Source: an uncultured Nitrososphaerota archaeon (GTDB lineage: Archaea > Asgardarchaeota > Njordarchaeia > Njordarchaeales > Njordarchaeaceae). Taken from it: DNA of 19,963 nucleotides. This document shows positions 16,740 through 19,963 of this stretch, piece by piece. Position numbers and translations under genes: made by a program. The notes under the pieces are model-generated. The model had not been told where the DNA came from. It searched no databases and saw only the letters and a list, made by a program, of their open reading frames with translations. Each line of letters begins with the position of its first letter. Positions within the stretch are counted from its first letter, which is position 1. The stretch covers positions 1 to 19,963 of the forward strand of contig CAZFGR010000028.1 in the NCBI GenBank assembly GCA_964518475.1. The letters run 5' to 3'.

Positions 16740-16856
16740 AACCGAAAACCTTCAAACCAAAAATAAAAATGCTCAATAATCTAGGAATTAAAAACAGATT
16801 AAAAAAATTTAAAAAACCCTAACCACTTAAAGACATGCGCAAAGCGGTGTGACACT

Positions 16857-18020
16857 ATGAGTGGAAAAATACTAGATTTGATCAATCTACACGAAAAATA
16901 CCGCTCATCAACAATTAATCTAATACCAAGCGAAAACGTTATGAGTGAAAAAGCTTTGAAGGCTCTAGCTTCTGATCTCACACATAGATACCATCATGAG
17001 TGGTTCTATGGTGGACAGAAATATATCCAGGAAATAATCAGTGAGACAAGACGAAGCGTTCGGAACCTTTTTCAGGCTGAATACGCGTTTATAGAACCCT
17101 TAAGCGGTAACATTGCATTACTATCTACTATATTAGCTCTAACCAGGGAAGGAGACTCCGTAGCTGCTCTAAATTTTCGACATGGTGGCTATCCTTTTGC
17201 GTATGAAAAAATATATCGAAAATTCATTGAACTTCCATTTGATGAGTCCGAGGGCAATATAGATGCAGAGAGAGCCCAAGATGTTATTCTTACAGCCAAG
17301 CCAAAGTTAGTTGTCTTAGGAGCAAGCTTTATCCTTTTCCCCCATCCGGTAAAAGAAATCGCTGAAACAGCCAAAGAAGTCGGAGCAATCACTATTTATG
17401 ATGGTTCTCATGTTCTCGGATTAATAGCTGGAGGAGAATTTCAGGATCCGCTTAGGGAAGGAGCCGATATTCTCTTGGGAAGCACCCATAAGACGTTCCC
17501 TGGGCCTCAAGGTGGTATTATATTATGTGATAATGATGAAATATATGGGAGGTTGCGAGAATATTTCGGCTTCCCACTAGTTATTGTTGATAACCCCCAC
17601 GTTAACAGAATAGCGGCACTCGGTATTACTGCCGTCGAGATGCAACTTTATGGTAAAGAATATGCGAGAAAGGTCGTAGAAAATGCTCAATTCTTGGCTT
17701 CTCAACTATGTAAGAAGGGGCTTAATATTTCTCATCCAGAGAAAGGATTTACCAGATCTCATCAAATTCATTTAAAAGTTGGAGATGAAAAAGAAGGAAG
17801 AGCCATTGTAGATACTCTCGAGAAAGCTGGTATAATAGCAGATATAGCTGTAAGATTCGGAACACAAGAAGTGACGAGGAGAGGAATAACTCAAGAGGAT
17901 CTCCGAAGAATTGTGGAAATTATCAGTGAAATTCTTATTGACAAGAAAGATCCAACAAGCTTTAGGGAGGAGACAAGAAGCATAGCGCTGAGATTAAATA
18001 GGGTTCTCTACTCTATCTAA
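16857..18020 (+). CDS. glyA: Serine hydroxymethyltransferase-like PLP enzyme (atypical, short)
   Basis: INLIPSENVMS, GASFILFPHPV, YDGSHVLGLIAGG, PLP-Lys motif GSTHKTFPGPQGG, FTRSHQ, RFGTQEVTRRG. Several folate/serine-site motifs are altered (see findings). Confidence 0.8.
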   Translation: MSGKILDLINLHEKYRSSTINLIPSENVMSEKALKALASDLTHRYHHEWFYGGQKYIQEIISETRRSVRNLFQAEYAFIEPLSGNIALLSTILALTREGDSVAALNFRHGGYPFAYEKIYRKFIELPFDESEGNIDAERAQDVILTAKPKLVVLGASFILFPHPVKEIAETAKEVGAITIYDGSHVLGLIAGGEFQDPLREGADILLGSTHKTFPGPQGGIILCDNDEIYGRLREYFGFPLVIVDNPHVNRIAALGITAVEMQLYGKEYARKVVENAQFLASQLCKKGLNISHPEKGFTRSHQIHLKVGDEKEGRAIVDTLEKAGIIADIAVRFGTQEVTRRGITQEDLRRIVEIISEILIDKKDPTSFREETRSIALRLNRVLYSI

Positions 18021-18028
18021 ACTCATTT

Positions 18029-19366
18029 CTATTCTTCTAAAATAAATTCATCTAATTTTCTTTGGGAAGTCATGTCTTTCAAAGTTCTGCTAACACTGAA
18101 CCAGATATCAAGTCCTATCTTTAATCGCTCCTGAATATACCTGAGAACATCCCGTAGATTCTCAAACTTTAATGGTTTATTCTTCAGCGCCGCTCTTACG
18201 CCTTCGCGAACATGCCACACCCCTAGAGGCATTATATGCTCTGGATAAGCCTCCCTGAGAATAAGAACTCTGGCTTGTTTCCCAATTTTTGCTAAGTACT
18301 CAGTGACCGCAAGCCTGGCAGCGTAGTAACAACCACCAATAGAGGCATAAGTTGTTCTACCACTGTAATATTCCCAATCACCCCCAATGGCGATATGAGT
18401 CTTGTCTGGATTCCATGTAGTCCCTGGATACCATGCTTCGATAAACTCATAACTCCAAGCATCTGGAATCAAAATCACTAAAAACCTATCGCCGAAGAAA
18501 TCTGTTTCGAAAACCTGGTACTCTCCTATTGTAGGGTTTCTTTTCACGTATTCATTAATTAACCAGTTAGATATCATACTATCGACTGCTGTAATACTCC
18601 ATCTCGTCGGTACGAATCTTCTTTCATTCCATAGACCAAATAATCCAGCACAAAACGCTCTTATAATCGATGAGATAGGTTTTCCTCTTTTATACAATAA
18701 TTTAACCGCTTCTAATGCTTTAAGATCCTCGTCCTCATGAACCCTTATTATGTGCTGATCGATATTGATTGTGCTAACACCTATTTCCTTCAGAGGAGCT
18801 CCAGGCCCTATAGGCTGGAGTTCTGAGTCAATGATTACTCCTCTAGGCTCTTTTTTAAGTATCATGTAACCATCAACCGGATTCCTTGCCATAGCTATTT
18901 CTTGGATAAGTTCTATTCTTCGATCACTTTTATTTGCATCTTTAACATGTGTTCTAAAATTGCCTCTAACAAGAGATAACCTAAACTTAACAATATCTTC
19001 GACTCTGTACCCGTGCCAAAATTCTGGTAAATCAAAAATCGAGGTATCGCCTTGAATTGGAGGAAGTAATGGTCCGACATTCACATACGGATACCCAAAT
19101 CTTCCCACGAAAATACTGGGAGGGGATGATCCATTTATTTCCTTGCTCTTTACGAGTGGTGCTATAGATGAGAAAGAATAATATTTAACTAATATTGGAC
19201 ATTTCGCTTTTCCGCACAATAGTTTCGCTCCTCGACAAATAAGGCATCTATTCCTTCTCGATACCTTCTTCTTGACGGGAGTCAACTCCACTAAGTTCTC
19301 TATCCCTATGAAGTCTGATAACCACGGGATCTTCTTCTTAAAGATCTTCACGAACTTCTTGCCCAA
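18029..19366 (-). CDS. nreA: Nre family archaeal DNA repair protein (DUF650/DUF651) with C-terminal PCNA-interacting (PIP) motif
   Basis: Zn finger CLICRGAKLLCGKAKC, GSSPPSIFVGRFGYP, VPTRWSITAVD, GGCYYAARLAV, PLGVWHVRE, and C-terminal QRKLDEF. Confidence 0.93.
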   Translation of the reverse strand: MGKKFVKIFKKKIPWLSDFIGIENLVELTPVKKKVSRRNRCLICRGAKLLCGKAKCPILVKYYSFSSIAPLVKSKEINGSSPPSIFVGRFGYPYVNVGPLLPPIQGDTSIFDLPEFWHGYRVEDIVKFRLSLVRGNFRTHVKDANKSDRRIELIQEIAMARNPVDGYMILKKEPRGVIIDSELQPIGPGAPLKEIGVSTINIDQHIIRVHEDEDLKALEAVKLLYKRGKPISSIIRAFCAGLFGLWNERRFVPTRWSITAVDSMISNWLINEYVKRNPTIGEYQVFETDFFGDRFLVILIPDAWSYEFIEAWYPGTTWNPDKTHIAIGGDWEYYSGRTTYASIGGCYYAARLAVTEYLAKIGKQARVLILREAYPEHIMPLGVWHVREGVRAALKNKPLKFENLRDVLRYIQERLKIGLDIWFSVSRTLKDMTSQRKLDEFILEE

Positions 19367-19417
19367 AGTACCACCAAGAATTATTCACTCTAAATAATAA
19401 ATAGAGAGTTAAAAATA

Positions 19418-19432
19418 GCTTATAAAAGCGAG
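19418..19432 (-). promoter_or_regulatory. Putative TATA box of nreA
   Basis: Minus strand reads CGC-TTTTATAA-GC about 55 nt upstream of TTG 19366. Confidence 0.4.
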
Positions 19433-19565
19433 TATTCCCTTTCTGGGTAGGAGGATACCTAATACAGCACTCAGAACTTTCTAGAAAATATTCGTAGAGA
19501 AAACAAGAAATTAGATAGGGGTTCAATAGATGAAGAAAAAAGGATTAAGAAAGGTAGGATAAACT

Positions 19566-19963
19566 TTAGCTCTCGAGTATTGCTTCGAATTCTTCTCTGT
19601 CGAGATCCTCTAGGAGTGGTATCTCGAAGACCTTTGCAGCTCTCTCTGTTAGTGCTGCTACATCGCTTCTCCTTAGTAGCATTATGTCGAATTTGCGTGC
19701 ACCAGCTAGGAGCTGCTTGAGACCGGTACCAATTCTGTCTACGAAGTATGAGTATATTCCAATACCTCCAGGTGGGATCTTCTTCCAATCATCTCCGTAT
19801 CTTCTCTTAAGGTCACCTATTACCGCAAATACGTTCTCAAGCTTATCTCCATAGATTGATGCGAATTCTGGAGCGATTTTTCTCAGTTTGCCTTCTTGAG
19901 CGGCCTTGGCGAAGTACTTCGCTTTCATAGCAGCGGTTAGGGCTGGTTTAGCCACTGCTGCTC
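19566..19963 (-). CDS. FMN-binding glutamate synthase family protein, C-terminal part (truncated by the window edge)
   Basis: AMAKPALTAAM...IPPGGIGIYSYF.DRIGTGLKQLLAGARKF...RSDVAALTERAA matches the C-terminus of stand-alone archaeal/clostridial GltB FMN-domain proteins. The frame is open to the window end. Confidence 0.8.
   Translation of the reverse strand, partial: AAVAKPALTAAMKAKYFAKAAQEGKLRKIAPEFASIYGDKLENVFAVIGDLKRRYGDDWKKIPPGGIGIYSYFVDRIGTGLKQLLAGARKFDIMLLRRSDVAALTERAAKVFEIPLLEDLDREEFEAILES

Noticed and set aside
16785-16820. Three TTAAAAA repeats in the divergent hydrolase/glyA intergenic region
   Set aside because: Adequately explained as AT-rich BRE/TATA sequence of back-to-back promoters.
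5211-19788. Shadow or antisense ORFs in the track (5211-5420, 7003-7188, 7931-8161, 9208-9420, 12287-12562, 13206-13430, 13828-14046, 14508-14693, 15069-15539, 15661-15852, 16033-16245, 16128-16361, 16509-16703, 16799-16981, 17189-17392, 19338-19526, 19471-19788)
   Set aside because: They overlap well-supported genes on the opposite strand or in another frame, mostly have Ser/Phe/Ile-rich antisense composition, and show no recognisable motifs.
1-19963. CRISPR arrays, tRNA/rRNA genes, IS elements or integrases
   Set aside because: No regularly spaced repeats, GC-rich structured RNA segments, terminal inverted repeats, or transposase/integrase motifs were seen.

Overview
AT-rich, gene-dense archaeal chromosomal window. 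The archaeal assignment rests on BRE/TATA-type promoters, GGAGG/GGTGA ribosome-binding sites and the archaeal marker genes Nre, XPB-Bax1 and AbrB-PhoU; the lineage cannot be fixed from sequence alone. Gene order: AbrB-PhoU regulator; a three-gene minus-strand operon (two paralogous YbjN/T3SS-chaperone-fold proteins plus a 90-aa unknown); a frameshifted CPBP/Abi protease; MFS transporter, TldD and PmbA; a divergent myo-inositol-1-phosphate synthase homologue; a winged-HTH protein head-to-head with an unusual fusion (possible double-psi barrel + gamma-glutamylcyclotransferase + N-formylglutamate amidohydrolase); XPB-Bax1; TsaA/TrmO; an RHH-PIN toxin-antitoxin pair; a YdjM-like hydrolase; an atypical SHMT-like enzyme; Nre; and the 3' end of an FMN glutamate synthase-family gene. 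No rRNA, tRNA, CRISPR array or transposase was seen. The best candidates for new biology are the GGCT-amidohydrolase fusion with its divergent HTH gene, the YbjN-pair operon, the SHMT homologue lacking folate-binding elements, and the phased operator-like boxes upstream of phoU. All family calls come from motif recognition by eye, not from database searches.
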